Positions 7,728-14,836 of a stretch of DNA of 64,000 nt are shown here, one piece after another. Source of the stretch: a bacterium (lineage in GTDB: Bacteria > Elusimicrobiota > Elusimicrobia > UBA1565 > UBA9628); contig JAJZAK010000007.1 in the NCBI GenBank assembly GCA_021799485.1, forward strand, positions 13,472 to 77,471. Direction: 5' to 3'. The first letter of the stretch is position 1; every line of letters begins with the position of its first letter. The notes beneath the pieces were generated by a model, which was not told the origin of the DNA, searched no databases, and worked only from the letters and a program-made list of their open reading frames with translations. The position numbers and the translations under genes were made by a program.

Positions 7728-8630
7728 ATGGCATTTAAGCGTCGCGAGGCTCCAACGGTCGAGGCAGTCGACCTGAACACGATTTCCCCCAAGGATGCGG
7801 AAACTCGCATCATCCAAGGGGTCAAGAAGTACGCCACTAACGAGGCCAACTGGTCCAAAGCCGACGCGAACACGCCTTTTTTGGGCTCGATCATCGGCAT
7901 GGGGATCGAATCGAGCAACCTCGCGGATGTGACGATGTCGATCGAGCGCCAGTTCCTCACCCGCAAGACGAACCGCGTTCCGGTCAACGGCGGCTCCGAG
8001 TTCAGGCTTGAGGATGGGGAGCTGGGGAAGCTGCGCATCCTCGACGGGCAGGACGCCACCGCCGCGACGCCGGGACTCTCGGTCAAGATGCTCATGGATT
8101 TAGGCCACATGCCCAAGGATGCCGGCTACCTGGCGGGCGTCGTGTCCTACGCCTATATCGTCGCGGTCGGCGACGGCTACCGCATGAACGACGGCCTCAA
8201 GAAGGCCATGGAGAAAGTGGGGCGCCTCTCAGGGGGCGAACGCGATGAGGCCCTCGCCAATCTCCGGGCCCTCGTCGTCAAGGCGCGCGAATACGTGGCC
8301 TTGCTGGGAGACGTTAAGGCCCTGGCCGAGAACCGCAGGAAGACATACGATAACGACAGGCAGACGGTCGACAATCTGCGCCAAGAGCTGTCCATGATCG
8401 GCGAAAAGCTCAAGGGGGCGACGGCGTCCGGGGATTCCGGCCAAGTCGCGGCGTTGCGCTCCGAGGAAACGAGCGTCCGCTCCCGCCTCAAGATGGGCGA
8501 GCAGCGCTATAAAATCTCGGAGCAAGTGGTCGCCGAGTCGGCCAGCCGCAAGGACGTCGAGGAAGCCAAGGTGCGCGAGATCTCGGCTCTCCTCTCGCGG
8601 ACGATCGCAGACGCCCAGCGCGTCGCCTAG
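7728..8630 (+). CDS. Hypothetical protein: putative atypical acyl-carrier-like N-terminal domain plus a ~170-aa coiled-coil/amphipathic C-terminal domain
   Basis: It has the only strong SD in the cluster (AAGGAGG at 7712-7718, 9 nt before the ATG) and follows a 90-nt AT-rich gap. Residues 59-76 (GIESSNLADVTMSIERQF) align with E. coli AcpP GADSLDTVELVMALEEEF, placing Ser62 on the phosphopantetheine Ser36. A helix-I-like AETRIIQGVKKYA lies ~35 residues upstream. The C-terminal region is rich in heptad-like charged repeats. The carrier assignment is inference. Confidence 0.6.
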   Translation: MAFKRREAPTVEAVDLNTISPKDAETRIIQGVKKYATNEANWSKADANTPFLGSIIGMGIESSNLADVTMSIERQFLTRKTNRVPVNGGSEFRLEDGELGKLRILDGQDATAATPGLSVKMLMDLGHMPKDAGYLAGVVSYAYIVAVGDGYRMNDGLKKAMEKVGRLSGGERDEALANLRALVVKAREYVALLGDVKALAENRRKTYDNDRQTVDNLRQELSMIGEKLKGATASGDSGQVAALRSEETSVRSRLKMGEQRYKISEQVVAESASRKDVEEAKVREISALLSRTIADAQRVA

Positions 8631-8646
8631 GCCGCGTAGCCTGTAA

Positions 8647-10044
8647 GTGCTCAGCGACGTCGATGTCCGGTCGCTCCGGTTGCAGGAAAGTCTGAGCGCC
8701 TGGGCCCGCTGGCCGATCTACCTATTTCTCTTCGTCTCGTTGCGATTCTATCACCGTTACCGCTTTGATGGCATCGAGGAGTTTCGGCGGTCCCTCTGGC
8801 AGAAACTCGACAAGCACCATGGCCCTATTATCTGGGCCGCTAACCATCTGACTCTCATCGACTCCTTTCTGATCTTCTGGGCCCTGGTTCCTCCGGGCCG
8901 AATATCCCGCACCAAGATCATCCCTTGGTCCACTCCCGAATATCGCAACTATTATCATCTGGGAGGCCCTATCTATAAGCGATTCATCCGGTTCCTGATG
9001 TACGCGTGCCGCTGCATCCCCTTCCTGCGCGGGGGCGACGACGAGGTTTCGGTTCAATGGCGCGAGAACGTCTACCAGAAATGCCGCTGGATACTGCTTA
9101 ACGGGGGCTCGGTTTTCATCTTCCCGGAAGCCGGCCGCTCGAAAAACGGCTGGTTCGACCCTCACCGCCCCAAGGATCTGCTGGGAAGGCTCGCTCAGGA
9201 GGTGCCCGGCGTCAAGTTTTTGTGCGTCTATCTCAGGGGCGAGGGGCAGATCCTGCGTTCCATTTACCCGCGCCAGGGCGAGCGATTCCGCATGGTCGGC
9301 GATCTCATCGACGGGATCGTCCCCGGCGAGACGAGTCCGCGCATGACGAGCCAAAGGCTTTTCAACCGCCTGGCCGAGCTTCAAAACGATTGGTTTGCCG
9401 GAAGCGGGCTCGCGAAGAACTGCGCGGGCAACGACGTCATCGATCTTGCCTCCCCCCACGCCAGGGACATTTTCCCGCCGGACGGCGACCCGGAGACGAT
9501 CGAGGAGGTCTTCTCGCGGCGGTTGACGGCAAAGGAAACGGCCTACCTCTCTGAATTTTCGGGGGAGGAGCGCTACCGGACTTTCTGGAAATTCATCGCC
9601 GCCAAGGAGGCCGCCATGAAAGCGCTCGCGCAAAGCGGCGTCATGTGCAATTTCAAGGATCTCGAAGCCGACCTGTTCCGTCGGCGCATCGTCCATCTTC
9701 CCACCGCCTGCGAAATGGATATCGCCCTGACGGTGGACGACCCCGAGAAAGTCCATGCGATCTGCGTCCTGCGCGGGGGTTACGTGGGCGACGACCAGCA
9801 CCCCGGGGATGTGCTTTGGGAAGTCCAGCAAGTCCCCGACGGCATTTCCCCCTCCGAGTTCGCCCGAGAGCGCTGCCTGGCCTTCATCGCGGCTTCCTCC
9901 GACGATATCCGCACGCCGGACGTCCTCGCGATGACCGACGACGGCGGCATTCCCAAGGTCCTTCGCAATGGACGCGTCTGCGATTGGGGCGTCTCCCTCT
10001 CGCATTCAGGGCGTTTCGCCGCGTATAGCTTCATGGTGTCATGA
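8647..10044 (+). CDS. Fusion protein: PlsC/LPLAT-type acyltransferase (N-terminal) plus 4'-phosphopantetheinyl transferase (C-terminal)
   Basis: The N-terminal half has acyltransferase motif I NHLTLID (H67-x4-D72) and motif III FIFPEAGRS (158-165). The C-terminal half has PPTase motifs GNDVIDL (261-267), FWKFIAAKEAAMKAL (WxxKEAxxK) and GVSLSHSGRFAAYSF. It starts with GTG and ends in an ATGA overlap with the next gene. Confidence 0.75.
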   Translation: MLSDVDVRSLRLQESLSAWARWPIYLFLFVSLRFYHRYRFDGIEEFRRSLWQKLDKHHGPIIWAANHLTLIDSFLIFWALVPPGRISRTKIIPWSTPEYRNYYHLGGPIYKRFIRFLMYACRCIPFLRGGDDEVSVQWRENVYQKCRWILLNGGSVFIFPEAGRSKNGWFDPHRPKDLLGRLAQEVPGVKFLCVYLRGEGQILRSIYPRQGERFRMVGDLIDGIVPGETSPRMTSQRLFNRLAELQNDWFAGSGLAKNCAGNDVIDLASPHARDIFPPDGDPETIEEVFSRRLTAKETAYLSEFSGEERYRTFWKFIAAKEAAMKALAQSGVMCNFKDLEADLFRRRIVHLPTACEMDIALTVDDPEKVHAICVLRGGYVGDDQHPGDVLWEVQQVPDGISPSEFARERCLAFIAASSDDIRTPDVLAMTDDGGIPKVLRNGRVCDWGVSLSHSGRFAAYSFMVS

Positions 10045-11006
10045 GCAAGCCCATGGGCGTCTGCGTCCTTTTCGCCGGCCAGTCGGTTCAGGAAAGCGGC
10101 ATGTGCCGCGAGCTCTGGGCATATCCCGCCGCGCGCGATATTTTAAAACGCCTGGCGCCGTCTCTCGGGGAGGACCTCGAACGGATCACGACCGAGATGC
10201 CTGATCCGGAGCTGGCGCTCACCTTCAACGCCCAGCGGGCGATTCACGCCCATCACCTGGGGCACTGGTTCGCCTTGAGGGCCGCCCATCCCGAGATCGT
10301 CCTCGAGGGAGCGCTGGGACACTCGATGGGGATCGTCGCGGCTCTCGTCGCCGCCGGGGCGATGTCCGTGGAGGATTCGGGGATCTTCATCCGCGCGCGA
10401 GCCCAGGCTTTTTCCGACGTTTGCAAGGGCTTTTCGGAGCCGATGGGCCTTGCCGCGATCTCGGCTGAGTTCTTCGAGGATGTCTCCGCGAGGCTTTCGG
10501 AGTTTCCGGGAGTGTCCATGGCCCTTCATAACACGATCGGCCGCGGTGTCGCCGGCGGGACTTTGCGCGCGATCGAAGATTTCGCCAGGAGGGCCCAGGA
10601 AGATGGATGGGAGGCGAAAATCAAGCTCCTGAAGGTCGAGGGCCCCTACCACACATCGGCCTTCGCCCCGGCTCGCGCCCCTCTGCGCAAGGCCCTGGAC
10701 CGAATCGAAATTCGAAAGCCTCAAGTCCCCGTGTTCATGGGAACATCCGGGAAGCTTGAAGAGGACCCCGGGCGCATTCGCGAGCTTCTCGTTGCTCAGG
10801 CGGATTCTCCGGAGCTCTACTTCCAGGCCGTCTGGGAGGCCTATGATCACGGCATGAGACGCTTTCTGGAGGCCGCCTACAAGCCCCAGCCAGTGACCTG
10901 GATGGGGGAGCAGCTTCTTGATGAGGATGGAAAGCTGATGCCCGGGGTCGTGCCGATCGCCATCAAGACATCGGATCTCGGAGCGGCGCTCTCCGTCGGG
11001 GCGTAA
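10041..11006 (+). CDS. ACP S-malonyltransferase (FabD-like)
   Basis: It has VLFAGQSVQ (FAGQGSQ-like), the nucleophile elbow GHSMGIVAAL, a conserved Arg in FIRARAQAF, and KVEGPYHTSAF (the xVSxxFH-like His). Confidence 0.8.
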   Translation: MSKPMGVCVLFAGQSVQESGMCRELWAYPAARDILKRLAPSLGEDLERITTEMPDPELALTFNAQRAIHAHHLGHWFALRAAHPEIVLEGALGHSMGIVAALVAAGAMSVEDSGIFIRARAQAFSDVCKGFSEPMGLAAISAEFFEDVSARLSEFPGVSMALHNTIGRGVAGGTLRAIEDFARRAQEDGWEAKIKLLKVEGPYHTSAFAPARAPLRKALDRIEIRKPQVPVFMGTSGKLEEDPGRIRELLVAQADSPELYFQAVWEAYDHGMRRFLEAAYKPQPVTWMGEQLLDEDGKLMPGVVPIAIKTSDLGAALSVGA

Positions 11007-11007
11007 T

Positions 11008-11634
11008 TCAGGGCAAGACGGACGTTCTCTCGGCGCACTTGTTGCAGCGTCCGCACGGGCGGCCCCGCACGGGGGCTAAGCAGGAGAACGCGAGTCCCAG
11101 CCACGAGGGCATCGGGAATCGACGAAGAATCTCCCTCTTGGAAAGAGTTCGATAAGGCGCCAAGACCTTGAAGGGCATGCCGAATGCCGATGCGATGGCG
11201 TGCTCCATGGATCTCAAGAACGCCGGTCGGGCGTCCGGAAAGGGGTTTCCTTTTAGGATGCCGATGGCGGCCGCGGGGATGCTCCGCGCGGCGCAATAAA
11301 GTCCTGCTTGCGCCAAAAGAACAAGGTTGCGTCCCGGCAGGAAGACGCTGGAAGCCGCGCTGCGCCGTCCGGGGACCGCCTTGCCAGAGAGGCTCCAGTG
11401 CCTCTTTCCTAAAAATCCGGAAACGGCCGCCCGGGATACCTCAAGCGGGCGCAAGCGCGGATGGGCGGCGGCTTTCAACATCCGGCGCAAGCGGCGCAGT
11501 TCGGCCGCCTCCCAACGGAGCCCGCAGCGCACATAGAGCGGATGAACCGCAAAGCCCAGTCGAAGGAAATCCGCCGTCAAAACGGCGCTGTCGACGCCGC
11601 CGCTGGCTAGAACGCAAACCGTTCGGACTTTAAT
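11008..11634 (-). CDS. queC: QueC-like PP-loop ATPase (7-cyano-7-deazaguanine synthase family), probable non-canonical ATT start
   Basis: The track ORF (TTG at 11580) lacks the P-loop. The same frame continues upstream as IKVRTVCVLASGGVDSAVL, which carries the SGGxDS motif, with no ATG/GTG/TTG before it. Other family features are FLPGRNLVLL, NPFPDARPAF and the C-terminal Zn cluster C..CGRCNKCAER. The ATT at 11634-11632 overlaps the TAA of the upstream gene (cATTAAa). Confidence 0.6.
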   Translation of the reverse strand: MKVRTVCVLASGGVDSAVLTADFLRLGFAVHPLYVRCGLRWEAAELRRLRRMLKAAAHPRLRPLEVSRAAVSGFLGKRHWSLSGKAVPGRRSAASSVFLPGRNLVLLAQAGLYCAARSIPAAAIGILKGNPFPDARPAFLRSMEHAIASAFGMPFKVLAPYRTLSKREILRRFPMPSWLGLAFSCLAPVRGRPCGRCNKCAERTSVLP

Positions 11635-12553
11635 GTGTGTGCCGGGAAACGAGCTTCCTGAGGCGCTCGACCAAGGCCTTATGGGCCAAATTTTCCTCGG
11701 GAATTTCCTCGGCCCCCGCTTCCGCTTGGGAAGGACCCGGGGCCGCTGGCTTGGGGGAGCGCGGCGGCTCGGGAGCGGGCTTGGCCGCGGCCTCCTCCTG
11801 CTGTCTCGATGAATCTTTCGGGAATCGAGAGGCGGCTCCCATCTGCGGCAAATCCTCCTCGAGCTTGCGGATGATGCCCAGGGATTTCGCGAGTTGGAGC
11901 TCCTTTTCCGTAAGCTCCAGGCTCAGCTTGTTGACGAGGCGATTGCGAATCGCGAGATCGTTTTGGGCGTCGCCGAGGCGCTTATGGAGGCTCTCCTGCT
12001 CGGCCCGCAGTTTCTCAAAGGCGACGCGCAGGGCCGCCGTCTGTTGTCCTTCCCTGGCGGCAGAGGCCTCCAAGGCCTGCGCGCGATCCTTTTCCTGAGA
12101 CAGGCTCTTCTCGAGATCCGCTATGCGGCCTTTCTCGGACTTTAAATGGGCGTCCTTTTCGATGAGACGCGCGTCCGACTCCTCGACGCGGCTTTTGAGA
12201 TTCATGATCTCAAGCTCGAGGCGGCGCAGGAGCTCCTGCTCTTCTCGCCTGTTTTCCAGCTCCTTGACGATGCGGGAGACGTGCTGAAAAAGCTTGGTGC
12301 CCGTGGCATCGATGAAGGCATTGACGTCGGTGGAGGCGGAGGATGCCGGCTTGGCGGAATTTTGCTCGTGGTCCGTGGCTCCCGCGGCCTTCAGGATCTC
12401 CGGAATTTCCGATGCCCGCCGCCAGTTCTTTTCGGCGATCTCCCCCTCGGCCGGACAGACGAGGATCGAAAGAGCGAAATCGGGCAGCCGGACAAGATCC
12501 TCCGGGGAATAGCATCCGGGAACTTCTCCGCGCAGATAGGCCCAGTATTTCAT
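11630..12553 (-). CDS. GYF_2 (DUF4339)-like N-terminal domain plus long coiled-coil protein, hypothetical
   Basis: The N-terminus is MKYWAYLRGEVPGCYSPEDLVRLPDF..NWRRASEIPEI (W-Y..G...GP-like GYF_2 pattern). The central ~170 aa are heptad-rich (LELEIMNLKSRVEESDARLIEKDAHLK...). The tail is Pro/Ala-rich. The SD is AGGAG, 6 nt before the ATG. Confidence 0.6.
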   Translation of the reverse strand: MKYWAYLRGEVPGCYSPEDLVRLPDFALSILVCPAEGEIAEKNWRRASEIPEILKAAGATDHEQNSAKPASSASTDVNAFIDATGTKLFQHVSRIVKELENRREEQELLRRLELEIMNLKSRVEESDARLIEKDAHLKSEKGRIADLEKSLSQEKDRAQALEASAAREGQQTAALRVAFEKLRAEQESLHKRLGDAQNDLAIRNRLVNKLSLELTEKELQLAKSLGIIRKLEEDLPQMGAASRFPKDSSRQQEEAAAKPAPEPPRSPKPAAPGPSQAEAGAEEIPEENLAHKALVERLRKLVSRHTH

Positions 12554-12612
12554 GGTTGTCTCCTAGAAGATAATCAAGGATAGGAAGAGGCCGTTACAAA
12601 TTCAAGTCGCAA

Positions 12613-13965
12613 TTATTTGGCGCGCGGCGGCATGGCGAGGTTCTTGAGATAGACTTCAAGGGCCTTCGCATCGCAGCGCTTTGCGAGGCAGAAGCGGGCT
12701 CTCGCCTGGTTGTCCCAGAAAGCGGGATAATCCGAAAGGACGCGTTCATAATCCGCGCTGGCGAGCTTGCGCAGCCCCAGAATGCTCTCGGCGTAGCCGC
12801 GATAGAGATAGAGGGTTGAAAGCCATGCCTGATGCTCCCTTGGCCCCCAGCCGGGCTTGCGGGCCGCAACTTTCAGGGACTCTTCCTCGCTGATCGCCTG
12901 GCGCAGCCAGCCCAGAGAGAGTTCCGTCTGATCGCGGTCGGGGCAGGATTTCGGGGCGAAGGCGCAAAGAAGAGTCAGAAGCTTCGGCTGCGACGTCTTT
13001 TCGTCCCGGGAGAAAGGAGCGAAAAACTCGCGGGCTTCATGGAAGGAGCCCGTAGAATCCTTCGTTTCGTAGAGCATCACGGATTCAAGGAACTGGAAAT
13101 AGGGGCTCTGGGGGTAGGAACGGCGAAGGACCCGGAGCATCTCGAGGGCTTTGGGAAAATCATGCTTATCCTCGATATAAATCGAGGCCAGGATGATTTG
13201 GGCCTGCTTCGAAACATAGACGGCGTGCTGGGCCGCGGTGTTGAGCAGATCGAGTCCCTTGGCCTCGTCTCCCTTGACGTCCAGAAGATGCCGGCTCAGA
13301 AAGCCCAGGAGGCCCGAGTAGCGCGAGACGTCGTATTCGAACCAGCCGAGGCCCAGCTTCGCGTCATCGTAGTCGGGATCGATATCGAGGCATTGGTGCA
13401 AATGGGCCACCGCCTTCTTGCCGGCGAAATAAGCCTTGAGCCAATGCCGTTCAAGGAGCTCCCACTGGCCGCGGGCGCCGAGAGCCATGCCGACGATAAA
13501 ATGGCCGTCGGTCTGCTCGCGAGGATCGTTGGATTCAAGAAGCGGCTTGGAGTGGGCGATGGCTTGACGGACGTCCTCCTCGAAGCGTTTGCGCAGGTCG
13601 GCGCGCCTTTTAAAAAGCCCCGCTTCGTTGGAGGCTTCCCACCAGAGGGCGCCCGCCTCGAAAAGATAGCTGAACGCCTTGTCGGGCTCGTTGCGGACGA
13701 GCATCTCAAAGGTCGCCCGGGACTGCGCGTAATCAAGGTCGTAGAGATCCTTGAAGCCTTGTTCGGAGAGTCCCAGGGCGACGGCGTCCATGCCGTAGGG
13801 GTTGGCGTTCGCATCAGGGCAAAAGAAGGCCGCGGAAGGACACAGAAAGACGCAGAAGGCCGCAAAACGCAGAAGGCCGCGGAAGGCCGCGAGGGGCCGG
13901 GAACGGCAAGAGATGCCTTTCCCAGCGGGGCCCCGTCGTTTTCCCTTGTCACTTCCAAAGCGCAT
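12613..13965 (-). CDS. Secreted all-helical TPR-like repeat protein, hypothetical
   Basis: It has a hydrophobic signal-like segment (LLRFAAFCVFLCPSAAFFCPDANA) followed by repetitive helical, Tyr/Leu/Ala-rich sequence. The start was set at the internal ATG 13965 (MRFGSDKGK) to limit overlap with the LOG gene, and is uncertain. Confidence 0.55.
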   Translation of the reverse strand: MRFGSDKGKRRGPAGKGISCRSRPLAAFRGLLRFAAFCVFLCPSAAFFCPDANANPYGMDAVALGLSEQGFKDLYDLDYAQSRATFEMLVRNEPDKAFSYLFEAGALWWEASNEAGLFKRRADLRKRFEEDVRQAIAHSKPLLESNDPREQTDGHFIVGMALGARGQWELLERHWLKAYFAGKKAVAHLHQCLDIDPDYDDAKLGLGWFEYDVSRYSGLLGFLSRHLLDVKGDEAKGLDLLNTAAQHAVYVSKQAQIILASIYIEDKHDFPKALEMLRVLRRSYPQSPYFQFLESVMLYETKDSTGSFHEAREFFAPFSRDEKTSQPKLLTLLCAFAPKSCPDRDQTELSLGWLRQAISEEESLKVAARKPGWGPREHQAWLSTLYLYRGYAESILGLRKLASADYERVLSDYPAFWDNQARARFCLAKRCDAKALEVYLKNLAMPPRAK

Positions 13966-14836
13966 AGCGATGCTCCTTCCAAAAATCCTGGATGTATTCC
14001 CAGCCATCCTCGGCCCTCTCGACGACTTTGAAAAGCCGGCGATCCTCCGGAGTGATCATGTCCTGATCGAGCAGATAGTCGAAATTCACCGCCTTCGACC
14101 AGAATTCCGTTCCGAAGAGGACGATGGGGATGGGGCGCTTCTTTCCGGTCTGTACCAGAGTGAGCGTCTCGAACAGCTCATCGAAAGTGCCGTATCCTCC
14201 CGGAAAGGCGACGAGCGCCCTCGCGCGCATGAGGAAGTGCATTTTGCGCAGAGAGAAATAATGGAAGCGAAAGGTGATCTCCGGGGTGATATAGGGATTG
14301 GGGTCCGGCTCGTGGGGAAGGGTGATCGCGAAGCCCACGCTTTTGGCGCCGCTCTCGAAGGCCCCGCGGTTGGCGGCTTCCATGGCGCCCGGCCCCCCGC
14401 CTGTCGCGATGACGAACTCAAGCTGGCGGTTGGGCGGCTGGTTCCGGGCGGCCAAGGCCGCGAAACGCCGCGCCTCCTCGTAGTATTTCGAGAGATTGAG
14501 GGCGCGCCGAGCCCGGCGAAGGGCTTTGCGCCCCTCGGGCGTTTCCGGCCGGGAGCCGAAGTCCTCGAGGACGGCGTTTAATTCTTCACGGGCCTTGGCG
14601 CGGGAGCGCAGTCGAGCGGAGCCGAAGACGACGATCGTCGAACGGATGCGGTGCTCGCGCAGGATGAGTTCGGGCTTGAGGAGCTCGAGCTGGAGCCTCA
14701 CGGGGCGAAGATCTTTTTTCTTGAGGAACTCCAGGTCCTCGTGGGCCATGACGTAGCCGTGGGCTTCCTTGATCCGGTCGATGAGAGCCTGTCGCTGCTG
14801 CGGCGAGAGCTCGTTTTTTAATAGGGAGTTCTTCAT
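13949..14836 (-). CDS. LOG family protein (TIGR00730-type, nucleotide 5'-monophosphate nucleosidase-like)
   Basis: It has TIVVFGSARL, ATGGGPGAMEAANRGA and the PGGYGTFDELFE motif. The start was set at ATG 14836, which forms an ATGA overlap with the dctM stop. Confidence 0.8.
   Translation of the reverse strand: MKNSLLKNELSPQQRQALIDRIKEAHGYVMAHEDLEFLKKKDLRPVRLQLELLKPELILREHRIRSTIVVFGSARLRSRAKAREELNAVLEDFGSRPETPEGRKALRRARRALNLSKYYEEARRFAALAARNQPPNRQLEFVIATGGGPGAMEAANRGAFESGAKSVGFAITLPHEPDPNPYITPEITFRFHYFSLRKMHFLMRARALVAFPGGYGTFDELFETLTLVQTGKKRPIPIVLFGTEFWSKAVNFDYLLDQDMITPEDRRLFKVVERAEDGWEYIQDFWKEHRYALWK

Noticed and set aside
8722-10005. 427-aa minus-strand ORF
   Set aside because: It is antisense to the acyltransferase-PPTase fusion gene. 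It has no motifs and an Arg/Gly/Asp-rich composition.
2227-11006. Assigning the FAS-like cluster to a known class (aryl polyene, PUFA synthase, ladderane, dialkylresorcinol/flexirubin)
   Set aside because: The hallmarks I would expect are missing. There is no KS/CLF pair, no tandem ACPs, no thioesterase, no LolA/MMPL export pair within the cluster, no multidomain Pfa proteins, no radical-SAM genes and no DarA partner. I therefore left it unclassified rather than force a label.
13825-13890. Four copies of GAAGGCCGC within 66 nt (micro-repeat)
   Set aside because: It falls inside the N-terminal coding region of the helical-repeat protein and simply encodes repeated Ala-Ala-Phe in a hydrophobic signal-like segment (LAAFRGLLRFAAFCVFLCPSAAFF). 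It has neither the regular spacing nor the length expected of a CRISPR or VNTR-type array.
12832-14031. 399-aa plus-strand ORF
   Set aside because: It is antisense to the helical-repeat protein and the end of the LOG gene. It has no motifs. The minus-strand genes fit the operon overlaps.
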